This document shows, piece after piece, positions 16,001-26,907 of a stretch of DNA of 64,000 nucleotides (positions are counted from its first letter, which is position 1; the number at the start of each line of letters is the position of its first letter). Where the stretch lies: contig NMRA01000189.1 in assembly GCA_002633005.1 (NCBI GenBank), positions 34,406 through 98,405 of the forward strand. Reading direction: 5' to 3'. A program made the position numbers and the translations under genes. The stretch is from Phoronis australis (lineage: Eukaryota > Animalia > Phoronida). The notes beneath the pieces were generated by a model. It had not been told where the DNA came from and made no database searches. It worked only from the letters and a program-made list of their open reading frames with translations.

Positions 16001-16741
16001 TGAACATTCATGTAATGATACGCCTCATTTTACATTAAATAATTTACAAGCTTTTCTCATCCTGGCTTTTGAACCACATTAACACCTGTGCAGCGCATGA
16101 CTCACAAGACAGTACTAAGTTCACACCTTCTTCTCAAACAAGACTAATGTATGTTCTCTAAGAACGCGCACACAGTTAGAAATCCTGATCTAGTTTTTGC
16201 GAATTCAATATCCAGGTGAACACAAATCATGGGAAATTTGAGAAAATGTACCCGCAACAATACCAACGTGCCTAAAACCATACCCGAGACATTACCAATA
16301 CTTTTTCTTGGTTACTGACACCATTTGCAATTCTTCACTTTAGCACGACACATGTCCGACAAGTGAATTTCAATTTGTTAAATTTCTTCAGAAAAGTAAA
16401 GATTAAGAACCATTTAGTCAAATACGAGTATGCACTCTAGTGCGCAGATTTCATGAAACAACATTCGCTGAAACTCGCATCATTTCCAAGAAGGTAATCA
16501 GCTTTTGAAAAGTGCAAAAATGACAATTTCAGCAACTGATTTTGTGAGAAATAAGTGGGGAATTTGAAAATTTCCGTCTGTTTAATTGCACACTCACATT
16601 AAACATGTTGTGGCATGTAAACAGAAGACATTGTCATCATCTCACCTTGTGTCTTGCCTTGTACACATTTCCAGTCGCTCCATGGCCCAAGGCATCCCTG
16701 GTGTTCCACATATAGTTTCGAGTTTGTCGTATCGCACTCAT
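1062..16741 (-). CDS. TBK1: TBK1/IKK-epsilon family Ser/Thr kinase (kinase + ubiquitin-like + scaffold/coiled-coil domains), multi-exon; 3' end unresolved
   Basis: Phase-consistent GT-AG exons (plus coordinates): 16646-16741 ([32 protein letters not shown]), 13581-13724 (YAVKIF...REFE), 13030-13159 ([11 protein letters not shown]), 12069-12159 (HRDIKPANI), 10320-10410 ([28 protein letters not shown]), 9354-9511 ([10 protein letters not shown]...[23 protein letters not shown]), 8480-8590, 7465-7644, 6158-6363 (ULD), 5485-5635, 5017-5245, 4089-4121, one unresolved exon (candidates 3717-3793 or 2981-3042), 2718-2831 ([21 protein letters not shown]), 2117-2215, 1062-1158. The activation loop SLYGTEEYL is diagnostic of TBK1/IKKe. 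Confidence 0.93.
8782..8915. mobile_element. Short inverted-repeat element (MITE-like); related copy at about 46083-46222
   Basis: Ends taatctccgaactcaaact / agtttcgaattcagagatta. Similar ends taatctctgtactcgaaact / agttctgaatccgagttcagagata occur near 46085-46221. Confidence 0.45.
14790..15433. mobile_element. Probable non-autonomous DNA transposon in TBK1 intron
   Basis: Imperfect TIRs ggctatcatgatcgcattatcattggcgacc / ggtcgccaatacgagcattgataggcc; the internal motif caaacaaaatctgaggtcac recurs near both ends. Confidence 0.4.
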
Positions 16742-18163
16742 CTTCAACACCAGCACTGTTTACTGAATTATACCTAAAAGGTGTCGCAAATTTTCAAAAC
16801 AATCTACTTTTACCACACTAGTAATATCATTTAAGACTGAAATATGCCACAGTCGAACAACATGCATCGACAGACCTTCACAATCTGTTTGATGATAGTT
16901 CATTGTAAAAAGGATAGACTTTTGGGATTTGGAAGTTTGTACAATTGCCATTCTCGACAAAGTACACTGTAATGAGGTTCAAATGTATTGAACAATAACA
17001 ACTTGACATATAGTGGAAAAGAATTTATGTGAAGAAGATGAACAAATCGGCAATGACCAAAATTCCGCAGATCAATACAATTGAGAATAATTAGCATGAT
17101 ACTAATTTTTAGGATGATACTAATGAGTTCATTAGCGTCTCAACGGACAATGCTGTCTGGCCAAACCTTGAAAATGAAACCAAAAGGTGAGACTCATGAT
17201 TAATGTTACACATTCGCGCAGTGGAATGAGTATCCCGACTGATTGATCAGCCAGTCACTAGTATACAGTCGCGTCATTACCAGTTTGACAGCGGCAAACC
17301 AATTTATACATGTATAGTCTAGCTCTCTTATCGTCCGCTTTCATCTGATAAGCTAACATAGTGCAGTAACTATGTTGAAAACAGGGCGCCTGACGCTAAC
17401 CAATATTTAAAAATACTATTTGCAAACAACTTCAACAAATATCGTGAAGCAGATGTGTTTTGTATGAAATACTTTCACCAAAAAACTTTGAATGGAGAAA
17501 AACGGTGGACTTTCAGAGAAATAACACTTAACTTTCACTTGTTGATTCCTTTGTGTTCGTGACTGTAAGTTCTGACCAGCTTAACAACAATATCATGAAC
17601 CAACATAAAAGGCGTGCTTGACAAGTTTAATCAAGCGTGATTCTAGATTAGATCGTGATAGTGGAAATTCCTTGATTTTTACACTCTAGGAGAATGGTAC
17701 ATAATGAGATACTCAGGAAAAATCCCATGAAATGACAAAGTAAGTATTTTAAATCCAGGGAAAAACTGGCATCTCTTGAGGGGGTCCATGCCAAAATCCT
17801 GTATGCTGTAATTTATGCCAAACATCATTTAGTATGGAGTGGATATCTAAATGGTGACAACTAGCTCACACACCAGAGACAAACCTTAAAAGTATAAAAT
17901 GAGAAGTACTGTGACCAGGATATAGGTCAACTCCATCAACTAAATGAAAGGGGAAATTTCTGTTGTCATGAGATTCATATATTGTGGCAAACGTTGACGT
18001 AACCACAACACCCATGCGAGTTCTTGTTGAGTAATGGGCTAATACTGATCTAGAAACTTGGCAGTCAATTCAGAAATCACAAACACTTATAAGGCTGGTC
18101 TGCACGCCACCTGTTAGCCACATCATGTGACCTAATGAGAATATGTGTGAAAAGATTTCTACC

Positions 18164-18233
18164 TTGACCGGGACTCGAACCCGGAAACTTTTGCTAACCA
18201 TGTAGTCCACTAAGCCATTGGGACCACTGGTCG
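18164..18233 (-). mobile_element. tRNA-like SINE fragment
   Basis: Reverse complement gaccagtggtcccaatggct...gggttcgagtcccggtc has A- and B-box-like motifs. Confidence 0.5.
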
Positions 18234-18873
18234 AACACAGAAATTCAATCAGACTTAGCAGAGGGCATCCGGCCCATTAGGTAATACGCAGCCCACCGGT
18301 TGGACGGTTAGGGGATACAATACTTAATTCAAATCCATCCTTTTCTGTGTATTCTAAATGAGCAGTAGATGAAATCCGCTCACCGATTGAGAGTTTTCAC
18401 CTCGTCAAAAATACATTTTACATTTAAAACTATGACTTAAAAAGTGCATACTTTCTTCAGTGTTCTTTTCTACTTCTGAAACATGCGTTTCTTCACGTAA
18501 CATCCTCAAAATTGCACTCGGTAAGAGAAACTCAGTCATGGTATGTGTTAATTATAACTCCATCTTCTTAATCTTATATGTATCGTTCATTTAATTTTAT
18601 TTGCTGTATTGTGAAATGGTTAACTTTTTATGGGGATGTACTATCGCCCCTGTATGCCAGCAGCATCCAGGGCGATGTAACTGCCTACCCATATACTCCT
18701 GAATGTATACGAATGTGTAAATCTTGATTGTTATACTTCAAAATTGTAAAACTGTTTGATCAGTAAAGATGTGTTTCAAAAGACTTTGCAAAGTGATGTG
18801 TACCCATAACGTTTCGCAATCTACTTGTAGCTATCTGTTTAAATCCAATGTTGAATCAGGAGAACACTCATCT

Positions 18874-18968
18874 GATCACAGGCACCTTTAAGTAGCCCTC
18901 TACAATATAATATATATAATAAATTGTTATATTATAATGTAGAGGGCTACTTAAAGGTGCCAGTGATC
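18874..18968. repeat. Palindrome with about 31-bp arms and an AT-rich loop
   Basis: gatcacaggcacctttaagtagccctctaca ... tgtagagggctacttaaaggtgccagtgatc, one mismatch. Confidence 0.9.
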
Positions 18969-19364
18969 TGATCTACACGTTTTGCATTTGGGGGTGAACC
19001 CCAGCACCAAATGAGCAAATGTCGTGCAGCTGGCCTATTCGTCACTTTATGACTGTTACAATAAACTGAACTCACTGCTTGAGTCTTGTCTGTAGTTTAC
19101 TTGAATGATAACCGACTGTTTGTCAGAGGATTTCTAGCTAAAGTATGGGAATTCCCCTCATCATACATCATGCCATGTTATTGTTCCGTTTATTTGTGCG
19201 CATGCTCCATTCCACCAGGAAGAGATATCTCTTCCTGATTCCACGGATAGAGTCGACCACTTGAATAGTCTTGAACCCTGACCAAAGTCTTTGCCTAGAC
19301 TAAGTTGACTTTCTAGTCTAAAACCCAGATTATAAGCATTTGTGAGTGTAGCAGACAACTCAAA

Positions 19365-19993
19365 GACTGTCAGTAGGCCTACCTGTGGACGCTGCAGTCA
19401 AGGCGTTTTTACACATGAAAAACTTACACGAGTCCTCTGTAAACCGGCAGCCCAGAGCACATCAGGCCCGAAACCGAGAAGTCGAGGGCCGGTGAAGCAT
19501 GGCTGTGAAAATTAAACTTGACCGTGGCCCCGGGTAGTTTTTTTTTCACGGGTTCTAAATTCTATGTGAAAAATGTCCAACTCATGAAAATTTACCCCAC
19601 GTTCGTGAAAACTTGCACTGAAGAGTATGTGCCTTGGCTTTCTGAGTCAGCATAGGCGGATTTACTGAGGGGNGACTGTCAGTAGGCCTACCTGTGGACG
19701 CTGCAGTCAAGGCGTTTTGCCTATGACTGTACACATGAAAAACTTACACGAGTCCTCTGTAAACCGGCAGCCCAGAGCACATCAGGCCCGAAACCGAGAA
19801 GTCGAGGGCCGGTGAAGCATGGCTGTGAAAATTAAACTTGACCGTGGCCCCGGGTAGATTTTTTTTCACGGGTTCTAAATTCTATGTGAAAAATGTCCAA
19901 CTCATGAAAATTTACCCCACGTTCGTGAAAACTTGCACTGAAGAGTATGTGCCTTGGCTTTCTGAGTCAGCATAGGCGGATTTACTGAGGGGG
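19365..19993. repeat. About 310-bp direct duplication flanking an N gap (probable assembly/haplotype overlap artefact)
   Basis: 19365-19673 is nearly identical to 19675-19993, split by n at 19674. The second copy has an 11-nt insertion (gcctatgactg) and a t/a difference. Confidence 0.85.
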
Positions 19994-20559
19994 GCAGGGG
20001 CGGGGCCCGGCTGCCGCAAGGGCTGTCAGTAGTTGAAGCGTGGGGGGGCATTTTTGCAGCATCTAATCGAACTTGAAAACGTGCACATAGTCAATAGTAA
20101 CGGGCGCGTATTAGCACCAGTCCAGACCAAGCTCGGTCGAGGGCCGGCGTCAGGCGTCATCATGGACATTGCTGCCTGAACGGACTTCGACAAATTAAAA
20201 AACGCATAGAAAGTCAATTAAAAGCTTTTAAAATTCAAGCTCCACCACAGTCTTTTGTCAAGGCTTGAACGTCGATTTAGAGATAAGTGAGTCTTTTAGT
20301 CCAGAAACAAGTATTTGTCCGGTCACTAGTTCAACGCCGGTGAGTAAGTTAACCTAAGTTTAGTTCATCTTCAAAGGCAAGTGGTCCACAAGGCATCATT
20401 GCACTATGACAATATTTTACATGACAGGTGTAGTCCACACTCACGAACTCAACTTCATTTCTGGTTTCGTATGTTTTGATATAGCAATGTTTGCCAGGAC
20501 CGCAGACGCCTTCAGTTGTTCCTTATTAAAGAGTTACTATTTGCAAATCATCACTAATA

Positions 20560-21600
20560 ACAGATATCTGTTTCATTAAGTAACTACATCTCAGTTGAGC
20601 TAAAACAAGATATTGAAACAAAAATGGTTCACTTCGCCTTGATTACAAATAAGACTGACACAATCTTTAATCATGGATGGCAATTTCTTCTCCCCAATAG
20701 TCGATATTAAGTTGATGGGTTGAATCTTACGTCCTCTTTAGCAAAAACTTGACCAAGTGGCAAATCTTCAAACAAGTATTTTTCACAAACCAACTCTGTC
20801 TTTATTGAATGATGGAAATTAAACTTCTTCATCCTTTCAATTTCTTGCAACAATTTTTCAAAATTTAGATCTTTCAGTCTTTGGTTGGATTCATATATAC
20901 AAATATCAGCTCATCAAAAACTTACTGGCACAGACATACATGTCCAAAGCCAGTAGTAAATAACAGGTTTTTCAGTCTAGTACACCAATTTTTCTAACAG
21001 AGTGCATCCTTAGTATATAACAGGTCATAGGTTACTTTGGTAATCTACGTGAACCTCTAACAGGTTTACCCATCCACGATACTACTAATTTATTCCAAAT
21101 TCACCTCAAGCCATGACATCTTTGCTTTGCTACCCGTAAGTAAAGCCATTTACAGAATTTGTTTTGCACATTTTATTTTTCCTTCCTAAAGGAGTATTTC
21201 CCATAGTTCTGCACAATAAAAAAGTCCGAAGTCTATTTTGGCATAATAACTTGGGCTTATATCTTAAAAGCAGTGCTTTGTAAAATTGCTTGCTGGGCTG
21301 TAGTGTCGCACCATGATCTTGTCCAATAAATTTAGAACCTCTCTCGTCTCTCACCTCCTTTGCTAGCTGGCTAATACGCAATAAAAACAGTAGTGGGCCT
21401 AGTATGCACCTTGTCTTACACCTGAGTCACAGCTAAACGAGTCTGGTCACACTACCATATTGGATTTATTTTTTCCAGTAACAGTTGCATACATACTCAG
21501 TGTCTCAAACATTTTTCCAAGCACACAAGGTTTATTAGTTTCACAAAAAAACGTCTGACGAAATGTTATAGAAGACCTATTCAATATCAGCCAATTGCTT
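20560..21600 (-). mobile_element. Decayed non-LTR retrotransposon (LINE) ORF2 remnant
   Basis: Frameshifted minus-strand peptides resemble LINE RT motifs: GKMFETLSMYA, DSFSCDSGVRQG/ILGPLLFLL (GVxQG..LxPLLF), FYCAELW, GEFG, and a C-terminal Cys/His knuckle-like remnant near 20600-20670. Confidence 0.6.
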
Positions 21601-23028
21601 TTGAATTTTTCACAAGTCCGCTTTCCACCACATAAACCAACTGTCGACTACCGACATCATTATGAAACTGGCAAGGATTTCAGAGCCTCTAAAGAAATGA
21701 CAGTTATTATTTCAGACCAGGCTCTGCAAGTAAGCTTGTCACGAGCATGAGATGGTCAACGCTTCTTGAAAACGTACATAAATGACGTTTTAAAAGATAG
21801 TTATAACTTCACTCATATGACGCAGGTGAAACGTTCTTTAAATCCAGTACTAGGCACTTGTGTATAACAGTTTAAGTCAGCAGGAGCGAGCCTGACTTGT
21901 GTAAGCACGATGGGAGTACAATCGTGATATCACGCATTAACACGAATTACTAGCAGGACGAAAATAGATTAAAACGGCACCGAATTGATTCCCAGTGTCT
22001 TTCGGGATTAAACACAAAAGCTATGACCTGTGTCACGAATCTACTGAGTTATACAATTTTGACACAGATTTTCCATTCTCCAATAGCTAGAGGACATTGC
22101 TAAATCCAAAAATCTATAAAAGAAGTTAACGATTTTCATTGATGCTCATAGGATCACCCCAGAGTTCTTGATTAAGCTACATAATCCCTATATTATGATT
22201 TATACTTAACTGTCATTCTACGAGAGCACCAAAAGATCGATTCTACACGGTCTTGAAAAACTTGTTTGTTCACACATCTAGTGAGATGTGTTCAAAACGT
22301 TTATTAAACTATTGGACCATTATTTCTTAAGTTGGAGCGCAATGAATATTTTGGCCCAAAATAACCCATTTTTGGTTCAAAAAGGTTCTGTTAGTGAAGT
22401 TGTTTTAAAACGGCTTAAAAGAACGGGGAATAAAAAAATCTTTATGATTTTTATAAATGTAGATGTTGATCCTCTCCAGCAGAAGACAGTCTGCATTTTC
22501 AAAGGGTTTCGGTTAATCTTCAGTGGAGTGCCAAAATTCGATAAACTGCTCAATTTTGTGTATTTGTTTTTTAGCCATTTTAGGTGCTCTGGCCGGGGGG
22601 GGGGGGNTGCTGTCTGGCTAGGAAAATTAAAAAATGAGAATTTTGTTTGTTTCCTAGCAACAGACGATAGAAAGGACATTACATCGTGTATTTTACATTC
22701 CTACTGACTACAACAGGCAGTATGTCGTAAACTTCATAACGTCTTCAAGTTTTAGATGATTCGGCTTCTGCTTTCCCCTGGTGGCAGTTTTTATAGCTAA
22801 ATTTCTTTGACCAAAGGTTTCTAACCAGGAAACGGTGGTAGTTGCAACGATTCTAACCTAAGGTGCCGCAGCATTGACAATTTAGGCATTTTGAAAACCG
22901 TTCAAATGCCAAACTCGTGCCCCCGTCAGCTGCCGGGTAACGCCCACCTTATTAACTGACGATCATTATGTAAAATATGTAGCCATTTCAAACTGCGTCG
23001 GCGTGTCGTATCTACAAGAGGCAAGTTG

Positions 23029-23185
23029 CAGGGGCGGATCCAGGATTTTGAGTTAGGGGGGGCCATGTCAGAGTATTAGCCAGGATTTTGCCCGATAGAC
23101 ATTTGCACCTCCGTATTGCCAAATGGAATCTGGGAGAATTTTAGGGGGCCATGGCCCCCTTGGCCCCCATCTAAATCCGCCACTG
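23029..23185. mobile_element. MITE, family A (CAGGGGCGGAT TIR), 5-bp TSD agttg
   Basis: caggggcggatcc...aaatccgccactg flanked by agttg on both sides; homologous to 25356-25512. Confidence 0.85.
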
Positions 23186-24660
23186 AGTTGTGTAATTGAT
23201 TCTTCCCAAACCTGATTTTGTTACATGTTGTCACACTCGTATAGGCAACAAAAACGTCATCTCTTAAAAATATTGGACGCACGGGCTTCAAACTTTCATT
23301 TTAGCTAAGGGTTACATCAAGCAAATCTAAAGTGGTCTAAGTATCTGATTAATGTGCAAGCCAAAAACATCCTTTTACCATAATAAGTAATTTAGGAAAT
23401 TCCAGCAATACAGGCAGAACCAAAATCACGTTAAGTTCATGACAATGAACATGTATAATTGATAACATGGCGACTGCATGGTAATGAAAAATGTGAAGCT
23501 GTGGGGCAGAAGGGTTCATGTAAGCTTCACACTTCAATATCCAAATGTAGCCTAAATATGCACATAAATTATTTATTTACATTATGTTGCTTTGATAACA
23601 CCTGAAGTAGAAAATAACTTGTTACTAAGCATGAATCAAAAACAATTTATTCACGAAATTTAGAAAAAATATGTGTTCAATTGTAACATAATCATACCTT
23701 GAAGAAAAGTTGACTTTCAAACAAAAAACAATTAAAGCTATTTTTAGCAGAGTGCATGGTCAATTAAATGAGCACGTTGAAATATTCCTTATAGTTATGT
23801 CACAAACACCTGAAAATTATACAAAACCGCGTTTTTGTACAAATGTTTTTTACTTAAATATTCACCGATGACAATGTAATCGTTTGGACATGCCTTTCAT
23901 TCGGCAGTTCAGCAGAAGTCGCCATGTTGTCGGTGCCGTCGGAAATGTGATTAAAAGTCCACCGTGAATTGTGTGCGCACATCAACTTCTCAACAAATTG
24001 CATCTAAACTGTGGTGAAAACTCTTGTATTGAATAGAATGGTAGATAATGATGAGCGTCACAAAATTTTACTTTTAGAATATTTGTGAAAATACTTATAA
24101 GGATTTTTTTTAAAAACTCATTACCTATGCCGCTGTCGTCCAAGATGGCCCACGAATTAAAAGAGTGGGACAATCTGCCAAGAGCCGGACAACTGACAAG
24201 TATAATGTACAGGTACGCTGTCAATAACAAAAGTATTGGACTGGATTCTTTACAAGGCAACTTTTCGTTTTTAAAAATTTTATTTCACGTGTTCAGGTTA
24301 CCACAAATAACATTTATTACTCAGAAATCGAATAAAGACTATCGCGGCAACAACATTGAACAAACAAATTCGTAAAGAAACAATAGAACACAATAATAAC
24401 ACATGCATATACAGAAACACACACTTAGCTACGCAAACGAGTAGTTTTACGAAGTTAACATTTCATTTGTAATCCCAGAACAAACACTGCCAGAAACTAA
24501 ATGTCACTTCTTTCCGTTATTGTAACATGATTTCAATATGCAAAAGAGTCTTGTTGAAAACCCAAAACATATACTTTTACAGGTTGTTCACTCTATGACT
24601 GGACCTAAAAAGATATCGGAGATCAGACTATTCGTGAAATCCAGCCAGGATCACTAATTT

Positions 24661-24907
24661 CATGGGCGCACCCGGGGGGGGGGGCTCCCCGATTTGGCGA
24701 ATTGCAAAAAAAGGTCCCTCTCAGTGAAAAAAGTCCCAGTAAACGACACAAAAGTCCACAAGGGACACAGGAAATCGGCGCAGATGCACAATTCGTAGGC
24801 CTGAACCTAGTGGTCCCATCTTTTTAGTCCTCGTTGAATTTGTTCAGTAAAAGGTCCCCATACCGAGAAATTCGAGCCCCCTATATTTTATGCTGGATGC
24901 GCGCATG
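24661..24907. mobile_element. MITE, family B (CATGGGCGCAC/CATGCGCGCA TIR)
   Basis: catgggcgcacccgg ... ctggatgcgcgcatg; flanks aattt/gattt (4 of 5 match). Confidence 0.7.
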
Positions 24908-25003
24908 GATTTTGCCGCGAAATCGCTAGTTGTCTAGAACCGTACTTCAAGTCTCGTTTGATGATTCAGTTATGAAGAAAAACGACGAAATGTAAACAGA
25001 GAA

Positions 25004-25138
25004 TCCTGCACAGTCTCAAGTTTATGATATAGGCAAAATCTTGTGGAAATTTCGTCAAAATCCCAAGGCTTGCCGAGGGATTTTGACGAAATTTTCAAGA
25101 GGTTTTGCCCATGTCATCAATCCGAGACGAGTGCAGGA
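25004..25138. repeat. Long imperfect palindrome (fold-back element core)
   Basis: tcctgcac...gaaatttcgtcaaaatccc-aaggcttgccga-gggattttgacgaaatttt...gtgcagga. A weaker similar core lies at about 52590-52655. Confidence 0.8.
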
Positions 25139-25355
25139 CCCGAGTTTGCAATCGTGGCTGTTCAATCAATTCAGTGAATCCTTTGCGGATCTAGAGCACC
25201 CTCACGTTGTATAGTGCACTTACGGATGTCATAGGAAATTCCAAAAGAAGTATGAAATCTTGATTATGACCGCGGTTACCTGAGTAAAACATATCCATAG
25301 TTAAATAGTGCCGCCGGATTTGCGCACCGGTATACATTAATTGTTATACAGCGAC

Positions 25356-25512
25356 CAGGGGCGGATCCGGATTTTGAGTTAGGGGGGACCAGGGCAGAGC
25401 ATTAGCCAGGATTTTGCTCGTCAGACATTCGCACCCCCGAACTGCCAAATGGAATCTGGGAGAATTTTAGGGGGGGCATGGCTCCCTTGGCCCCCCTCTA
25501 AATCCGCCAGTG
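25356..25512. mobile_element. MITE, family A, 5-bp TSD gcgac
   Basis: caggggcggatcc...aaatccgccagtg flanked by gcgac on both sides; internal sequence matches 23029-23185. Confidence 0.85.
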
Positions 25513-25890
25513 GCGACGACTAATTAAGCACTATCATAAATTTAATTCAGTATGACCGGCGGAGTGCAATTACGTACGAGTTCCTGACAGAACGCGTTGC
25601 CGGCGGATTGCCACTTCCGGATTCATCCATGTCAGGGCACAGCAACGACACACTCGTATGAATTAATTAATGCAATATGCAGGCGTTCTAAAAAAAAATC
25701 GTTTAGTTGGCGTTCCAGAGACAGCGAGTGTTGCGTATACGGAGTGAAGCTCGCGAAAACGCAAAATCACGAAGGCTTCGCGCAATATCGTCGTCATTGC
25801 CAAGCGAAGACTGACGTGAGCCTGACCACACTATTTCGCGAGATTCTCGCCTCTGTGGAACTCAATGCACTTCACCGGGAGATCTCGTTT

Positions 25891-26907
25891 TTACTGAGGT
25901 ACGAACATATGGCCTGATGATGATGACCGAGTCCAAACAAAAGCGCACATCCGCTTCAGGTTATTTTTGAATGCGTCATTTGAAAACGCATACAATACTG
26001 GATTAATGAAAGAGTTGGCATGCCATAACATTATAGAAACATCAATCAGAACATCCCTAGCCAGGCCCGTATTATTCTTCGTAAGATCCAGCAAGACATC
26101 TAACAAATAAAACGGAAGCATGCACGCTACAAAGAAAAACAGAATCAGCGCCATTGCACGGGTGGTCCTAACTTCACGTTTGTATAGGCGTAGATTTTGG
26201 GGTATAATTTTTTTCTTTTGCAACTTCAGTTTCCCTATTACTAAACCATACTGAAGTATTGCAATGGATATCGGAATAACGGACATGAACCAAAACAACG
26301 CTGTCTCCCATCCTTTGTCATACTGGCGCCCAGTCGTGCACCGTTTATTTCCATTGTAGGTTTCCACTGAAGCCATTATAGTACAACCAAAGACCGGTAT
26401 GCTGAACACGGTCCACAAAGACAGAACCATTAGAGCTGCTCGACTTTTGGACAGAAAGTTGTTGTAGTTTTGAGGCAGGAATACAGCAAGAACTCGTTCT
26501 GTTGAAATAGCTATAAGTGTAGCAACTGACCACACAAGTGGCTGCAGAATAACGTGCATTAGCAATATACATATGCCTTTGTTTTTAAAATACCAAGGGA
26601 TGGGTTCGTCAGGATGGTATAAGTTTGGAACAAAATTCTTGAATATATCTCCTGGTACAGTAAACAGTCCACACGCCAAGTCTGTGATGGCCAAGGCGAA
26701 AACAAAGACGTTGTGTGGATGTTTTCGCACGTCTTTACAACGTAAGTAAAGAATAATCACACATGTGTTGCCAGTTAGAATGAGAAATATAAACACCGAT
26801 TTGACAGCTATGATCGTAGTTGTTCCAATTGTGCCAAGATGTTGGATAGTTTTCATCGTAGCTTCTGATGATGGATTGCCGTCATTTGGGCCAGTCAAAT
26901 TTTCCAT
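25891..26907 (-). CDS. Class A (rhodopsin-like) GPCR, 338 aa, intronless CDS, orphan
   Basis: Seven hydrophobic segments with GN (TM1), LAITDL (TM2), ISTERVLAV (E/DRY variant), W in TM4, FVACMLPF (CWxP variant) and NSFINPVLYAF (NPxxY); N-terminal NLT sequon. Confidence 0.93.
   Translation of the reverse strand: MENLTGPNDGNPSSEATMKTIQHLGTIGTTTIIAVKSVFIFLILTGNTCVIILYLRCKDVRKHPHNVFVFALAITDLACGLFTVPGDIFKNFVPNLYHPDEPIPWYFKNKGICILLMHVILQPLVWSVATLIAISTERVLAVFLPQNYNNFLSKSRAALMVLSLWTVFSIPVFGCTIMASVETYNGNKRCTTGRQYDKGWETALFWFMSVIPISIAILQYGLVIGKLKLQKKKIIPQNLRLYKREVRTTRAMALILFFFVACMLPFYLLDVLLDLTKNNTGLARDVLIDVSIMLWHANSFINPVLYAFSNDAFKNNLKRMCAFVWTRSSSSGHMFVPQ

Larger units (their letters stand above)
17171..19156. 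promoter_or_regulatory. Cluster of NF-kB/IRF-like motifs upstream of TBK1 coding exon 1
   Basis: GAAAATGAAA (17170-17179), AAGTGAAAGT on minus (17531-17540), GGAAATTCC (17663-17671), GGAAAAATCCC (17716-17726), GGGGAAATTTC (17950-17960), GGGAATTCCC (19147-19156). Motif matches only. Confidence 0.3.

Noticed and set aside
19365-19993. 310-bp tandem duplication as a biological event
   Set aside because: The copies abut an N gap beside a poly-G tract and differ like alleles, typical of an unmerged contig or haplotype overlap.
22288-22707. 139-aa ORF
   Set aside because: Spans an N gap and poly-G run within AT-rich, repeat-like sequence; no protein-like signal.
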